Assembly (NCBI RefSeq): GCF_031769215.1
Contig: NW_026782651.1
Span: 620,001 to 684,000, forward strand
Length of the DNA stretch: 64,000 bases
From: Ylistrum balloti
Lineage: Eukaryota
Direction of reading: 5' to 3'
In this document: one piece after another, positions 20,300 to 33,891 of the stretch
Position numbering within the stretch: the stretch's first letter is position 1
How the letters are laid out: every line of letters begins with the position of its first letter
The notes under the pieces: model-generated
Databases searched by the model: none
What the model saw: the letters and a program-made list of their open reading frames with translations, nothing else
Told to the model about the DNA's origin: nothing
Translations under genes and position numbers: made by a program

Positions 20300-23200
20300 T
20301 CACCAGCTCCGCCTGCAGACTGACACACGTAGAAGTGCCCCACAGTTCGGACAGTTAGGAAACGTCTTGATGTCCTTTTTGGGTATGTGCCAGCACTGAC
20401 TACAACGTACCTTGTATTTCTTAAACCTGTAAAAGGACAATAATATATCAAGACTAGTGAACTAAAGTATTGTAGGCAGAAAAATATGTATGCCTGTCTG
20501 ATACAAAGAGAAATATATTGTTGTATTAAAATAAACACAAATATGGAAATGAAACATGAATTTTCTATCAAAATGCCAATGAGAAAGCACAAGTTAATTT
20601 CTTCTTGTTAAAATAAATCCAACCAAGTTTGAACAAAACCAGTTGAAAAGTTTGAATGGACAGACTGACAAAATAACAAACTGTCATGTCTTAATTTTTA
20701 AAAGGTAAAGAAAACAATAAAACAACTGTCCTTCAATAACAAGACAAAACAAATTCTCGTTGGAGAAATTACCCTTCACTAAGGTGTCCAACACATTACC
20801 TTTGACTCCAAGACAATAAGCGAGTTTCTTACAGAACAATTGAATTTTTGGAAATTCCATCTATACAAACAGGCATATTTTTACCTGGCATGGTCTTATT
20901 GCCGAATTAAAATTTTAGTTATCCAAACAAGAGAAAAATGGAGGGACAGACACCTATGTTGCATTAACTTTGTTTCACCATTCAAAATCATCCTTACAAA
21001 GCCTTACAACTTTCAAAACAATCAACTGAAATATTTGAGAGAACATCTCCATGCAAAAGAATGCTGAAAATAAAAAAATACCTACAGTCGTGAAGGGGCA
21101 AAGCTATGTTATTTAATTCTCCCATCAAAGGACCTCTTTCATGAACAATGGAATTTTGCCCACGATCCGATTTAATTCATACCATGTGGCATTTATAGCA
21201 CTCCAATACACTCCCCTGAAATAGCACTAAAAAAATTTCAAATGGCCCATGGGGCCTGAATTATTATAGAATTTGTGACATTTACTTAGGATATAAGGTA
21301 AGGTTCAGAAATGGCTCCATAACAAGGCAAGGGTTCATCGCAAGGATTCTTATAACCACTTATTTTGTTCATTGGAATCTATTTGTCATTTTAACAAACA
21401 TTATTTCAAACTCTTCTGGTTTCCGTGCACCCAAGCGCTTTTAATACAAGAGGCCCATGGGCCTTAACGGTCATCTGACAAAAAGCAAGCCAAACCTAGA
21501 AAGTGGGTTGAGGTCATTCATTTGAACAAACTTGGTAGCCTCTCCTCCAAGCATCTTACAGGCCCAATATCAGCACTCATGGACTTTTGCTTGTTGAGAA
21601 GTCGTTTGTATATTTTAACATATTTGACCCCTGTGACCTTGAAAGTGGGTTGTATTCATTTGAATAAACTTGGTAGCCTTTCCTCCCAGCATGCTACAGA
21701 CCCAATATCGGCACTCATAGACTTTTGCTTATTGAGATGAAGTCCTTTGTATATTTTAACATATTTGACCCCTGTGACCTTGAAAGTGGGCCAAGGTCAT
21801 TCATTTGAACAAACTTTGTAGGGCTCCATGCCAGCATGCTATGGGCCAAGTATTAGCCCCCTAGGCCTTCTAGTATTTGAGAAGAAGTTATTTAAAGATT
21901 TTGACATATTTGACCCCTGCGACCTTGAAAGTTGTTCAAGGTCATTCATTTAAATAAACTTGGTAGCCTTTCCTCCCAGCATGCTACAGACCCAATATCG
22001 GCACTCATAGACTTTTGCTTATTGAGATGAAGTCCTTTGTATATTTTAACATATTTGACCCCTGTGACCTTGAAAGTGGGCCAAGGTCATTCATTTGAAC
22101 AAACTTTGTAATGCCAGCATGCTATGGGCCAAGTATTAGCCCCCTAGGCCTTCTAGTATTTGAGAAGAAGTTATTTAAAGATTTTGACATATTTGACCCC
22201 TGTGACCTTGAAAGTTGTTCAAGGTCATTCATTTAAACAAACTTGATAGCGCTTCATCCCAGCATGCCACAGGCCCAATATCTACACTCTGAGCCTTTTG
22301 GTTAATGAGAAGAAGTTGTTTAAAGATTTTAACATATTTGACCCCTGTGACCTTTAAAGTGGGTCAAGGTCATTCATTTGAACAAACTTGGTAGAGCTCC
22401 ATGCCAGTATCCTCTGTGCCAAGTATTAGCCCCCTAGACCTTCTAGTATTTGAGAAGAAGTCGTTTGAATGAAAAGTTTACGCACGGCGCACGGCGGACG
22501 GCGGACGGCGCACGGCGGACGACGACGGACGAAGCATGATGACTATAGGTCATCGGACCCTTCGGGTCAGATGACCTAATAATTTGGCCCCTTATATTTG
22601 CTGTTCTTGGCCAAAACATTGAAAAAAATCGTGACAATCACATGACATCACTTTTCAAGATTCTGACTGCACGCAATTAAGCTGCTAATTGACAAACTTA
22701 TCGGTCACAATTTTTTTCAATTTTTTGGCCAAGAACAGCAAATATAAGGGGCCAAATTACTTTGTTCTAAAAATCAATAAAATATCACATTTTTCTTTAT
22801 TTAATTGATCATAGCTTTTTTCTTATGCCAAATTTGACAAATAATGTTTGCTTCAAATGACAAATAGATTCCAATGAACAAAATAAGTGGTTATAAGAAG
22901 CCTTACGATGAACCCTTGCCTTGTTATGGTGCCATTTCTGAACCTTACCTTATACCCTAAGTAAATGTCACAAATTCTATAATAATTCAGGCCCTATGGG
23001 CCTTTTGAATTTTTTCAGTGCTATTTTAGGGGAATGTATTGGAGTGCTATAAATGCCACATGGTTTGGATTAAATCGGGTCGTGGGCAAAATTCTATTGT
23101 TCGTGAAAGAGGTCCTTTGTCAAGTAGTCTTTAAAAAGGTGCCCATACAATATACCTGATGCCACATGCGTTACACAGTGGTGTACCATCTTCAGCATCT

Positions 23201-26200
23201 CTCCAAAGAGGAGTTCTCCGAGTTGCACATGATGCACACGTCTTCACTGAAAAATAAAATTGATAAAACAAGTTCATAACAGAAAAAAGGAAGAGAATAA
23301 ATGTTTTCAAGAAAATGAGCTGAAAACATGGAGAAATTTCTCCAAAATGAAAAACATTTCCCTGAAACAGAGCTAATTAGCATATTTTTACTTGAAATGT
23401 CTACAAATTGTGCCATCATGCAAAATAATAGAAATCAATTTTCTTCAACATTGCCATATTTTGTTCATGTAATCTTTCTTATGTCATATATTTCCACCCT
23501 ATTCCACTTTTAAATTCTGACCAAAACGGACTGTCCAAAATTTCTTTATTTTTATGCCCAAAAGGAGAGCATATAGTCAACACTTTGTCCATTCCTCCTT
23601 CTGTCCGTTCATCATAATTTTTTGTGGAACATAACACAAAAACTGTCAGAGGTAACAATATGAAACTTCATGTGTAGATAGAACTCAACAAGGAGATGTG
23701 CAGCATCATCACCACCTTTTGCATAATTTAGGAGTTATTGCCCTTTTGTTATTTTTCATACTTAAATTTAGTCTGGAGCATTACACTAAAATCATAAGAG
23801 ATATCAACATGAAACTTCCTAGGTAGAAAGCTTTCGACGAGTAGGAGGACAGTGCACAAAAACTCTCTTATTACCCTTTGTTATTTTTCATACTCAAATT
23901 TTATCCCAATCGGGGAGCATAACCTGTCTCTGAAGACCCTTGTTCAAAATAGGCAAAAATTTTCCACCATCGGAAGTATTTCCCAAATTCTACATGACCC
24001 CATGCTTAAAACATTATATCAAATATCAAATACACATGAAATCGGTTAAATTTTTTTTTCTTCATGATGTGAGAATGTTTTACTCATGAAGGTCAAGGTC
24101 ATGATTAGGATCAGTATCATATCTTATTCCTCAGAATATCACAGTCATATCAGCACTTTGGAGAATTATCAAGTTACAATGTTACTAGTCCAGGTCAAGG
24201 TTGTTTTGGCAATCTTAAAAAAAGTTAAAATTTTGCTATAGAAAGGATGTCAAGATCAAACATCAAACTCGCTGGGCAAGATGCATGTGTTTTACAGAAT
24301 GATATTTATGTCAAAATTTAGCGGGGGCAGGGTATGGCTTTTCAAAGTCCTTAATTCACCACTGTCAAGGTACAAGCTGTGTCTACCTGAGATGTACGGA
24401 TTCTTATGATAGGCTAGCTGGCTATCCTCATCAGATCCACTCCAGCAGTCAGTGTGATAGCTGGTCACGGAGCCACAGCTGCTATGACGATTTCTCACCT
24501 GGCTGTGGGAACCAGCTGTCTTCACATTTATGTTGCTGTAAAGTAAAAACTTCTGCCATAAATCATGAGTAAGCTCTTCTCTATTGCAATTCAGTAGATA
24601 TATCCTAATGCTTCTGTCCTGTAACAATAACACCAATGGTACAATATCTGACCTAGATGAAGAGAGTGCAGGACTTATGAATGACAAGAAATTTTTGTGG
24701 GGTATGTTTCATTTTCATTGATGAGTCTCAAAACTATTAGATTTTTGGGGTTCGGACCTTTAGGCTTATAGGGCAGTTATTTTGTAAGATTTTTTGAAAG
24801 GCTAGTCCTTAACACCAATTCCAAAATTTTGATGAATTCTAATACTAAGAGATTTAGTAGGCTCTAAGAATTTTAGCGAGTCCCACAGGAAAAGCATGAG
24901 TTCTGGTCTCCAAAATCAGAATACCAAAAATCACTGATTGAGGATTTATGTACTATCAGAAAAATATCGCTTTTTTATTACTTAGATTGATGGTGCTTAA
25001 GAATATGATTTTCTAGGTTACTAGATGTACTACAAGAAGTATCACAGAAAATCAAAGAGTGCACAGGAGTGTGGTAATGTATCAACCAAAGTAAGCTGGT
25101 TAGAAATACTTACCTAAAATAGGCTGATATGACTAGCTGACTTTCACAGCCCTGTAGCTGTGTGTGTAGCAGGAATGTCACACCCCGAAAGTTTGGGTCC
25201 TGTCTAGCAGCACTTCTGGTTGGATATCGATTTTTTCTTTTGTTGACATGTGCCTCTCTTATCACTGGTATTGTTGTTGTCACTGTTGATGTTTCCGTTG
25301 TCATACTAGCACATGTGTCTTTCTGTGATAATGATTTTACAGCTCCTATATCACCTGTTTCTGTTTTCAGCTCAATATTTGCTTCTGTTTTGCACCGTTT
25401 AGAAAATGGTTCAAAGTTGTTTTCTTTTTGGCTTTCATTTGATCTAAAACAAATGGAAAAGAACAAAACCATGGTGAAAAGTTTTTTCTTTTTTTTTTCC
25501 CCAAGTTATTCTGAAAACAATTTAATTTCAATTTAAAATGAAAAGTGTAAGCTATAAGGAAACAAAAAGTATTGTTATGACTGAGATCATTTCACATTTC
25601 TTCTATAACGAGACATCAAAATTTCACATTATCTTTTTAGAATGTATACTTTCACTTGTCCTCAAGATTACTGGGATCAGAAAACTTCATCCAACTTCTC
25701 CTTTAAAACAATAAAGCCTAGGTTTGAACAATAAGATGATAATATCAAATTGAATTACCTTTACCAATGTTCAATATTATATTGGTAAAAAACATGGAAA
25801 CCATCAAGCAATATCATTTCATGAAACACGATCCAACTAAAATACCAAAAGCAAAGGACAGTATCCATTCTACCTAATAAACTTGAATCTATTTTGGCTA
25901 CATTCTGTAAATATCTAACTTATCTTCCAGCACAGTACCTTCAACTGATCAACTTATGCATAAAATGGGTCAGAACCATTAAGAAACGGTTCACAAAATA
26001 TATGTTTAACTAGTATCTCCAAATTCAAAGGGTTATGCCATCTTTGAATACCTATGGGTTACATCATGACCAAATCCAAATTAAAGGCAGTCATTTGACT
26101 TTTACATATATTACCATAGGCTTCCTTCTATCTTTATTAAAGAGACCACAGATGTGCAATAAATCTGTAAGAGATTCCAGAATTTCTGACTACCACAAGT

Positions 26201-26934
26201 TGTCCCAGTAGTTTTATCATCACAAAGCCCATGGTTATAAAGAATAGGTGTAAATGGAGGTTGGAAAACCTTGGATTTCGAAAATGTCTTATTTGCTAAT
26301 GCTGACACTTATTTGACCTTTGAACCGCACATGGTCGAAGGTAGGCTAAGCATTTTGTTCTGGTGCGAGACTGAATTCCTACAAATGATGCAGTAACGAG
26401 AGGCATGAATAGAATTATAAAAGTTTAAGAAAGTAGTTAATGGTCGGCATATATCCTTTTTATCTTTTTTTTACTTTTTTATTTATTTGCATTTTTTGTT
26501 TGTTTTGTTTAATTTCTGATTCTCTGAACCGTACGTGAAGAGATCTAATCTGGTAGGGTTTGATATATATATTTTAAGGTGAATTCTCAATTATGACAAG
26601 TTAAACCGGTTAATTGTGTCTATTCTAATGAATTGATTACACTTTTTATTTTTTTAACCAGTTCTGCGGTACATAGTATCGCATATCTGCTTTGAAATAA
26701 TTGTAAAATTGGAGAGAGAAAAATCCGCTTACTAAAGGTCAACGATCGCAGACTTATGTGTATTTTTAAACGGACAATCAAAAGAAGAACAATCTACCTG
26801 TGAAAGCTGTTGACACGTCGGCTGTGATGTTCGTCTGTTCGTTCAATATTATGAACAATGTTGTAATCAATTGATTTCAATGCCCGGTCGTCTGCGAGTT
26901 TTGACATTAAACACTGATCACTTGGCTTCATCAT
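20300..26934 (-). CDS. ZGLP1: GATA-type zinc finger protein 1 (ZGLP1/GLP-1), 277 aa; complement(join(26798..26934,25114..25443,24387..24535,23156..23246,20300..20426))
   Basis: Five GT-AG exons total 834 nt with matching phases. Contains [16 protein letters not shown]...QLVISAYFS (compare recalled ZGLP1 DPWFEGVTLKFQI), a C-x2-C-x17-C-x2-C finger [32 protein letters not shown], and a second cluster [21 protein letters not shown]. The first exon and start codon are less certain than exons 2-5. Confidence 0.9.
21444..22582 (-). mobile_element. Non-autonomous Helentron/HINE-like element with ~144-bp internal tandem units
   Basis: Subterminal inverted repeats GGTCATCTGAC (21469-21479) and GTCAGATGACC (22566-22576), palindrome AGGCCCATGGGCCT (21451-21464), terminal hairpin 22546-22578, GACG/ACGG microsatellite (~22480-22531), and internal units recurring at 21620, 21761, 21906, 22051, 22190 and 22334. 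Confidence 0.75.
22580..22759. repeat. 37-bp perfect inverted repeat (22580-22616 / 22723-22759)
   Basis: TAATTTGGCCCCTTATATTTGCTGTTCTTGGCCAAAA and its exact reverse complement, ~106 bp apart. Confidence 0.85.
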
Positions 26935-28189
26935 CTTATAATCTATGAAATACTACACAGGGCTTACAGATTCTCCCATGTGGCTTGCCCTCTGTTGAGA
27001 TTGTGATGTAAACGAAACGACGGGCGAAAATCACGGGGAAATGCACATGCTCGGAGCGACCTTGACTGATGTCAATCAAACGCGTCAACACATCGATGTC
27101 TCGTGATGTCCAAGAACATCCATTTGAATCATTCTTATTATTAAGCCTAACTTTTCTTTCTCGGGTAAAATCATGTAGGTTTGGTAGGAAAAGGTTTTTA
27201 CTAAAAGGCATGTTTACTCCAGTTAAGTTTTTGTTTGTTTTTTTTTTACATTCATTTGCGTTAAAAAGTTGTTGTTATTGTTGTTGATGATGGTGATGAT
27301 TTAAATATGAAGGTTGATTATTTTTAACACCAGAATATGAAAAACTGAAAGTGACCGACGCTATAAGCTAACAAGCTATTGGTGATGGTAAATTCCGTTG
27401 TAGCCTTACAAAGCCTAGACAACTTATTGCAGAATCAACAGCGGTCACATGCAACGGAAAATTATAAACAAATAGATCTTTAGTGTACATATAGTTACGC
27501 TATTTTTTGACACAATCAGGTCATTTTTAAGTCTTTTACGGCAATTTAAAATCTTCGTTTTTTAGCGAAACTTGAATTTTTTGAAAAGTGAGATTGTGAC
27601 ACAGGAAGCTAGCCACGCTTTCACTGACGGTGTTAATATGTCCCTGGTTGCATTAGCAATGCTGAACGTTGAATTATCCTTGGAGAATGACGTCATTCTT
27701 ATAATCCAGAAATGTTTATACGTATAATGTTAATATTTTTACACGTGTAGACGACGCATGTTCTTGACCTACGGTTATGGAAAGCAGTCGCACCACGCGA
27801 TATATTACCGCAACTTATCCGTTATACATATTCAGTTATATATAAATTTAATAAAAAATGCTTTCTACTTTGTATATTTTGTAGCCTACCAATTGCTAAC
27901 AAATTGTGTGGGTTTTTTTTTTTAAATAAAAATGATTTCGAATTTGTTTCCACTAGAATTGGAAATCCGGAACAGGACAGATTCTTCTACATTCTGCCAC
28001 TTACCTCGATCTGTTCTTACAGTGAAAACAACAGCATTCCACAACGTTATATGGTACACGTGATTTTCATTTTCCCGATGGCGAGTTTTTCATTTCTTGA
28101 TAGCAACTAACAAAATCAAAAAACGGTTTGGAGAGATGCAAGTTGATGAAGATTATGGACATTTTCTTTGGTTCCTACTAGTCATACAA

Positions 28190-29095
28190 CATACAAGATA
28201 AAAGAAACTTTATTTCACGTCGAATATTACAGACAGTAAACATAAGCTCTGGTGAGCTCTGGTGAGCTTGTACTTCGACATAACATAATACGAAACAAAA
28301 TAACATGCAATATAATATTAGCAACAAGCAGCAGAGGATATGTATCACAGTCATTAGCAATTTATACACAGATTATAAACAAAAAGTAGTTATCACATTT
28401 TATATATCACAGAAATTAAGTAATCAGATAAGACTAAATAGGCTAAGATCGAACACCTGCATATCTGATATACACAGTTATTTCTTGATGCAAAAGAAGT
28501 AAAACACATACATATATGTTAATATAGCAAAAAATAAAAATTGACAGACTATGATACTAATATAGTGCAAATTAAAAGAGAACATTTTGTCAATGTCAAG
28601 ATTATAAATAGTAAGTAAATAAGACAACAGTCTATAAACCAAAGCAAGAAGACAAACAAAATAAGCATAAGAATAAGACACGAAAATGAAAATAGAAGAT
28701 AAAAGCACATAGATAACAACACCACTGAACAAAGGGAGGAAACTCACATATGAGCACACATAGAACACCTACAGTCCGGGCCATCCCACATACGGAGCAG
28801 TCTCCTGAATTCTTTGTAATTCTCTACCTGACGCAGATCTTTCGGGAGACTGTTCCATATGCGGGACGCCTCGTACCTGAAGGAATTCTGTCCATACCTG
28901 GTGGTGTTTACCCTTGGGATGTGTGCCTTACCCTCTGCTCTGAAAGCATACAAAGTTTCTTGTCTAGATATCAGACTACAAATGTAGTTAGGAGAAATTT
29001 TGTTAAAAGTTTTAAAAACTTCACAAGCCATCACCTTCATCCTATTAATATGCAGGAAAGAAGTATTAGCATCTGTTAGCAGTATTTTTGAGGTC
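28190..29095 (-). mobile_element. 5'-truncated non-LTR retrotransposon (CR1/L2-like) 3' fragment
   Basis: ORF 28744..29214 ends ...VNTTRYGQNSFRYEASRIWNSLPKDLRQVENYKEFRRLLRMWDGPDCRCSMC, the type of C-terminus that follows the RT domain in these LINEs. No RT catalytic motif remains. A long T-rich 3' UTR with AATAAA at ~28215 follows on the minus strand. Confidence 0.7.
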
Positions 29096-29409
29096 AGAGG
29101 TATCATCATTAAAAACAAAGCACAAGCCCCTTTCTTGCACCTTTTCCATTTTCCTGGTTGCCGAGACGCTGAAATGCCAAACAAGGGGACAATAATTAAA
29201 ATTTGACAATACAAAACTCTTGTGAATTAACATTTTAACAGATTAGTCATAGTTTCACACAATTACTGTTTGTATTGAGATCATGTAAGCATGTTTTTTT
29301 TTCAAATGACAAATTTTCATTATATAATAAAATTAATAATAATAAAATGGACAGTATCCTTGTGCCGACATATTTACAGATATTTACCACTCTCTAAACA
29401 GATGTATAC

Positions 29410-29413
<4 letters not shown>

Positions 29414-29450
<37 letters not shown>
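29414..29450. repeat. (TA)n microsatellite
   Basis: Uninterrupted TA run. Confidence 0.9.
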
Positions 29451-29454
<4 letters not shown>

Positions 29455-29719
29455 TGTAGGAAAGTAATCAAAATGAATTAAGTAGGTCAACATTTCAGAT
29501 CGATTGGTCAGAATTTACTGGAAGTGGAATCCTAAATGTTTCAGTAGACTGATAATGTCGTGTCACATTGGAGACGAATCATATATTGTGGCTCAGACTT
29601 CAGACAGGGAATGTTACTGACACTATCAGCATAATATGACAATACATTTTGTATCCAGAATGAAATAGAAAAATAAAAAGTATGTTGTATTGATTTGCAT
29701 GTGGCAAGTTGAAAGTTAG

Positions 29720-29955
29720 GAGTGTAAAACACTAATATGATGTATATATAGGGGCCACAAAGCGTGGCATTATCCCCCACACCCAGCTGTTGGTGTAAAA
29801 CCCTAATATGATGTATATATAGGAGCCACAAAGCGTGGCATTATCCCCCACACCTAGCTGTTGGTGTAAAACACTAATATGATGTACATATAGGGACCAC
29901 AAAGCTTGACATTATCCCACACACACCTAGCCGTTGGTGTAAAACCTTAATATAT
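29720..29955. repeat. ~71-bp tandem repeat, ~3 copies
   Basis: GGTGTAAAACACTAATATGATGTATATATAGGGGCCACAAAGCGTGGCATTATCCCCCACACCCAGCTGTT repeated. Confidence 0.85.
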
Positions 29956-30229
29956 ATACTGGTATAACAATTTGTGACGTCACTCAATGATATACCGCTA
30001 CTATCACCTGAAGATCTAATACAGGTAAAGCGCTAGTGCAAAATGTAACATCTTCTTTTGTTGATTATCAATTAAATTTCCTTACATCTCCTCGACTTCA
30101 ACATTATATATATATATATCTTATATATCAACCTTATAATAATAGTTTATATCTTGATGTAGATCCTGTGTGTTTGACTGTTGATATTTAAATACTGCTT
30201 GGTATTGTCCATGAACAAATCTATGCAAC

Positions 30230-30475
30230 ACTCTATAAGCTCTGGAGTAAGAAAGTCACAAAAAATTTGATGGCTACAGAAAAAAAAAATAAATAAAATG
30301 TCCATAAGAAGAAAAGGCACAACTAGGGCACTAACTTAATATATACAGCAAGTTTTGTGGAATTGAGTTGAACGGTTTTGAAGTAGACCGGAAAAGCCCT
30401 CGGACGGACGGGCGGACGGACAGAGCCCTAATTAATAACCACCTGTAAAGCATTCTGCAGGGGGTTAATTAACAC
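30230..30475 (+). mobile_element. HINE-like element fragment (ACGG microsatellite plus terminal hairpin-like end)
   Basis: GGGCACAACTAGG..., (ACGG)n at ~30402-30421, then a CACCTGTAAAGCATTCTGCAGGGGG end motif. A related GGGCACAACTAGGGCC piece lies at ~31899. Confidence 0.5.
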
Positions 30476-30749
30476 TATCACACAATTTCAAACAATTTTC
30501 AGTGCAGATACAAGTTCTTAAAATTACTATATAATTGTCATACACTGTCTACTTCCTCTGAAACTTGAATGCAACAACATTATCAAGCTTGTGCAAAATC
30601 TGTAACCTGAGGATGGACAAATGTGAAGATGGTACAGGTGTACACTTTAAACTACAGCTTTTGACTGGGTATTGTTCATAAACATCTCCCATATAATTAA
30701 CTGTAGAACAGCTTTTTGTGGGTACATCAACAGAAAATGATAAACCAAG

Positions 30750-31104
30750 CATCAGAAGTACCTATGATTTGGCTCCAGACATACTTGGTTGTTGTCAGAA
30801 GTACCTATGATTTGGCTCCAGACATACTTGGTTGTTGTCAGAAGTACCTATGATTTGGCTCCAGACATATTTGGTTGTTGTGTCAGAAGTACCTATGATT
30901 TGGCTCCAGACATACTTGGTTGTTGTATCAGAAGTATGTATGATTTGGCTCCAGACATATTTGGTTGTTGTGTCAGAAGTACCTATGATTAGGCTCCAGA
31001 CATATTTGGTTGTTGTGTCAGAAGTATGTATGATTTGGCTCCAGACGTATTTGGTTGTTGTATCAGAATTACCTATGATTTGGCTCCAGACATATTTGGT
31101 TGTT
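30750..31104. repeat. 43-45-bp tandem repeat
   Basis: ATCAGAAGTACCTATGATTTGGCTCCAGACATACTTGGTTGTTGT, ~8 copies; produces spurious repetitive ORFs on both strands. Confidence 0.95.
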
Positions 31105-33891
31105 GGGCGGGGCTGGGTTACTTCCATATTTGATGTACTGTATTATGCAGGATCAGTCTACCAGTATTTGAGAGATTGAATTACACATTAAAATGCAGAA
31201 AAAACAATAGGCCTCTTCCAAATATTGTTGAATCCCGTGAATGAAACATTATCATAATGATAAAGCATGACATGTTTAAAAGAAATAAGCTGAAAACTGA
31301 GAGGGGTGATTTTCTTCAGAAAAAGTCAGACACTTCATGAAAACACAATTTTATGCTAACAAGTTTGAAAGAGGTTAAAAAATAAGAGGAAGTTTTTGCA
31401 GTCAATGATGGGAAAGCAATTGCAAGTTTTATGAGACAAGAACATTTCTCAGAAGTGTCGGCGCACATCTGATCTTTTTTCTTTAAAAATCTTAACTCTA
31501 TGAAGTTTGAATATTGCTCTTGCAAAATTGCGATAATAATCGGTCAAATCCAAGATGGTAGCCTGTCAGCCATTAGTTATGTTTTAGATCAATCCCAATA
31601 TCACACAGACACAAGGGACCAAGGGGAAGCTACATACAAAATTTACTATTACAGAAATAACAATAACAAACTTCTATCAAAATCTTAGATGGTTGCATGT
31701 TGGTCACTCCATTTTTTCAGACTAATCCCAAAACCAAATATGTACAACTAGGTACAATGAGGAACCAATGTATGAAATTTGAGAAATATCCATCCTGTAT
31801 TTCTCAAGATATAATGATAACAATTTTATATTGTCAAAATCCAAGATGCCTTCCTGTCAGCTATTTATTGTCTTTTTTTATCAATGCCAAAATCTAACGG
31901 GCACAACTAGGGCCCAGGTGTAACTTACATGTGAAATTTGAGAAAGGTCTCAAGAGATTGCGATAAACATAATTGTTATGGGATGGACAACGAAAGAGGG
32001 ACCATTGGCATAGGGTGGTTCACAATCTGATGACGTTGAGATATAATCAGTAACAAACAAGGAGAGTAAATTCTTTATTTTGTATACACCAGGACTGCTA
32101 CCAACATTGGAGAGAATGCACCATGTGCAAACCACAATAAAGCAAAGTAAATATACATCATTATCCAATGCCATAGCAACAACATTCTTTTTATAGACAA
32201 TTACATAGAAACGACATTCTAATTATAGACAAGACCATACATCTGAATATATATATATATAAATACATTAATTAGCTTTCACATTATTTCAAATTTCAAA
32301 TGCAATTTGTTCTGTTTTACTCCCTTTTGTAGACGAAGAATTAAATCTCCAAAATGCCTGTTTGGAAAGGAACATTTCACATTGAACAATGGTAGCACTG
32401 GGCTTTTCAATATTTTCTCTTATGGTACACATTTCTTTCCCAAATAATTTACATAACAATCCTAAAAAAGACATTTTCTTATTTCCCCATCAATACAAAG
32501 ATAGTAATAGATTTGTACTCCTTTTATTGGGTCAGAACCTTTCAAATAATTTGCAATAATCTATTGTTTAAACAGAACATATCTTTTCTCATTCAACTAT
32601 GAAAGTATTACATCAATGTAAGAGAAATGATGCTTACAAGCAATACAAAAAATGCAGCATTTGACAAATAATGACTATTATCACATTTTTATAAATCTTA
32701 TTCAACCTTGTAGATTTCTGGAAATATGATTTTGTTTTTCCATCTTTTGCCTAAATCAGCATGAGTAAAATGGACAGAAACTTTGGGACATTTCTTCTGT
32801 AAACAATGACTAGTCAATAGAAGTACCTGTCGATTACTTTGATATTGCAATTATGTATTGAATGTTGACTGTAAAGATCTAAAATAACGATTCAAAATCT
32901 GACAGATATTTGGAAGGGAATAAGGTTCATTCAATATTTTATGTCTCAGATATTTTACTGGACTACTTCAGAGACAAAGCATGATTATTACAGCTTTCTC
33001 CTCTTTTAATTCAATTTACCTCAAACTTCATTCCACCTCTGTACACAATTAAATTTTGAAGATTGTATTTATCTACCTCATCTGACAAATATCTTCTCAT
33101 TTTTCAATTCTGAAGTTATTATTTTTCTATTCTACACACAGTGATCATCAAAAACAACTTTCTGTGTTTTCATTTTTCTACTAAAGTAAGAAGCTGTTTG
33201 GGATATGAAAATGAAACTTTTGATGATATTTCTGTTAATTTTTCAGAAATCAACACCATCAATGCAGCAACCACGATATTCTCTAGTCTTGCATTCTCGG
33301 ACACCAGATACCATTCATTGTTTACTGCCATACAACTGGAATGACTTAAGAATGTTTCAAATATGATGAATTACATAAAATGAAATTAATTTATGCACTG
33401 TCTGCTGATTCTAACATGGTCTGCTGATTCTAAAACATAAACACCATTACAGATAAATTTTAGACACAAAGTGTCCCCAACAGATAAAGAAATTTGTTGG
33501 AATTTTTCTTCCTTCAGTAATGGGTAGAACAAATAAATCACTTACCAGCTCTTAGGCTTGAACTTTCCACTTAACATTAGAATATTGTGCAGATCAAATA
33601 TTCTTTGGCCAGCTCTCTCATGTTCAAACTTTTCAACAAACTTTGGTGTTATAAACTACATAAAAAATACTTGGAAAAAAATACAAAAAAAAGTCACATT
33701 GATGTTTTGACCAAACAATAAACGAATAAAGACTTAATAATGATGATGTTAAAAGAAATCTGTCAGGAAGATTGAACTCTGATAGTTATGATGGCAGTAT
33801 TTCAACAACCGTGTTGCACATCTGCAGTAAAATTAGCACTTGTTATATGCTATGTAAAACTATTCTGTTCATTTCCGTTGTAAATCACTCC

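Larger units (their letters stand above)
21126..23119. repeat. Long inverted repeat (~280-bp arms at 21126-21406 and ~22841-23119), foldback/MITE-like, interrupted by the HINE-like element
   Basis: The left arm CAAAGGACCTCTTTCATGAACAATGGAATTTTGCCCACGA... is the reverse complement of ...TCGTGGGCAAAATTCTATTGTTCGTGAAAGAGGTCCTTTG, with scattered mismatches along the whole arm. Confidence 0.85.

Noticed and set aside
24292-24687. 131-aa minus-strand ORF as a standalone gene
   Set aside because: Only 24387-24535 is ZGLP1 exon 3; the flanks are intron run-through.
26936-27287. Overlapping ORFs upstream of ZGLP1
   Set aside because: No recognisable motifs; the region better fits 5' UTR or promoter.
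30789-31179. Periodic ORFs (SEVPMIWLQTYLVVV / TTKYVWSQII)
   Set aside because: They are translations of the 43-45-bp tandem repeat.
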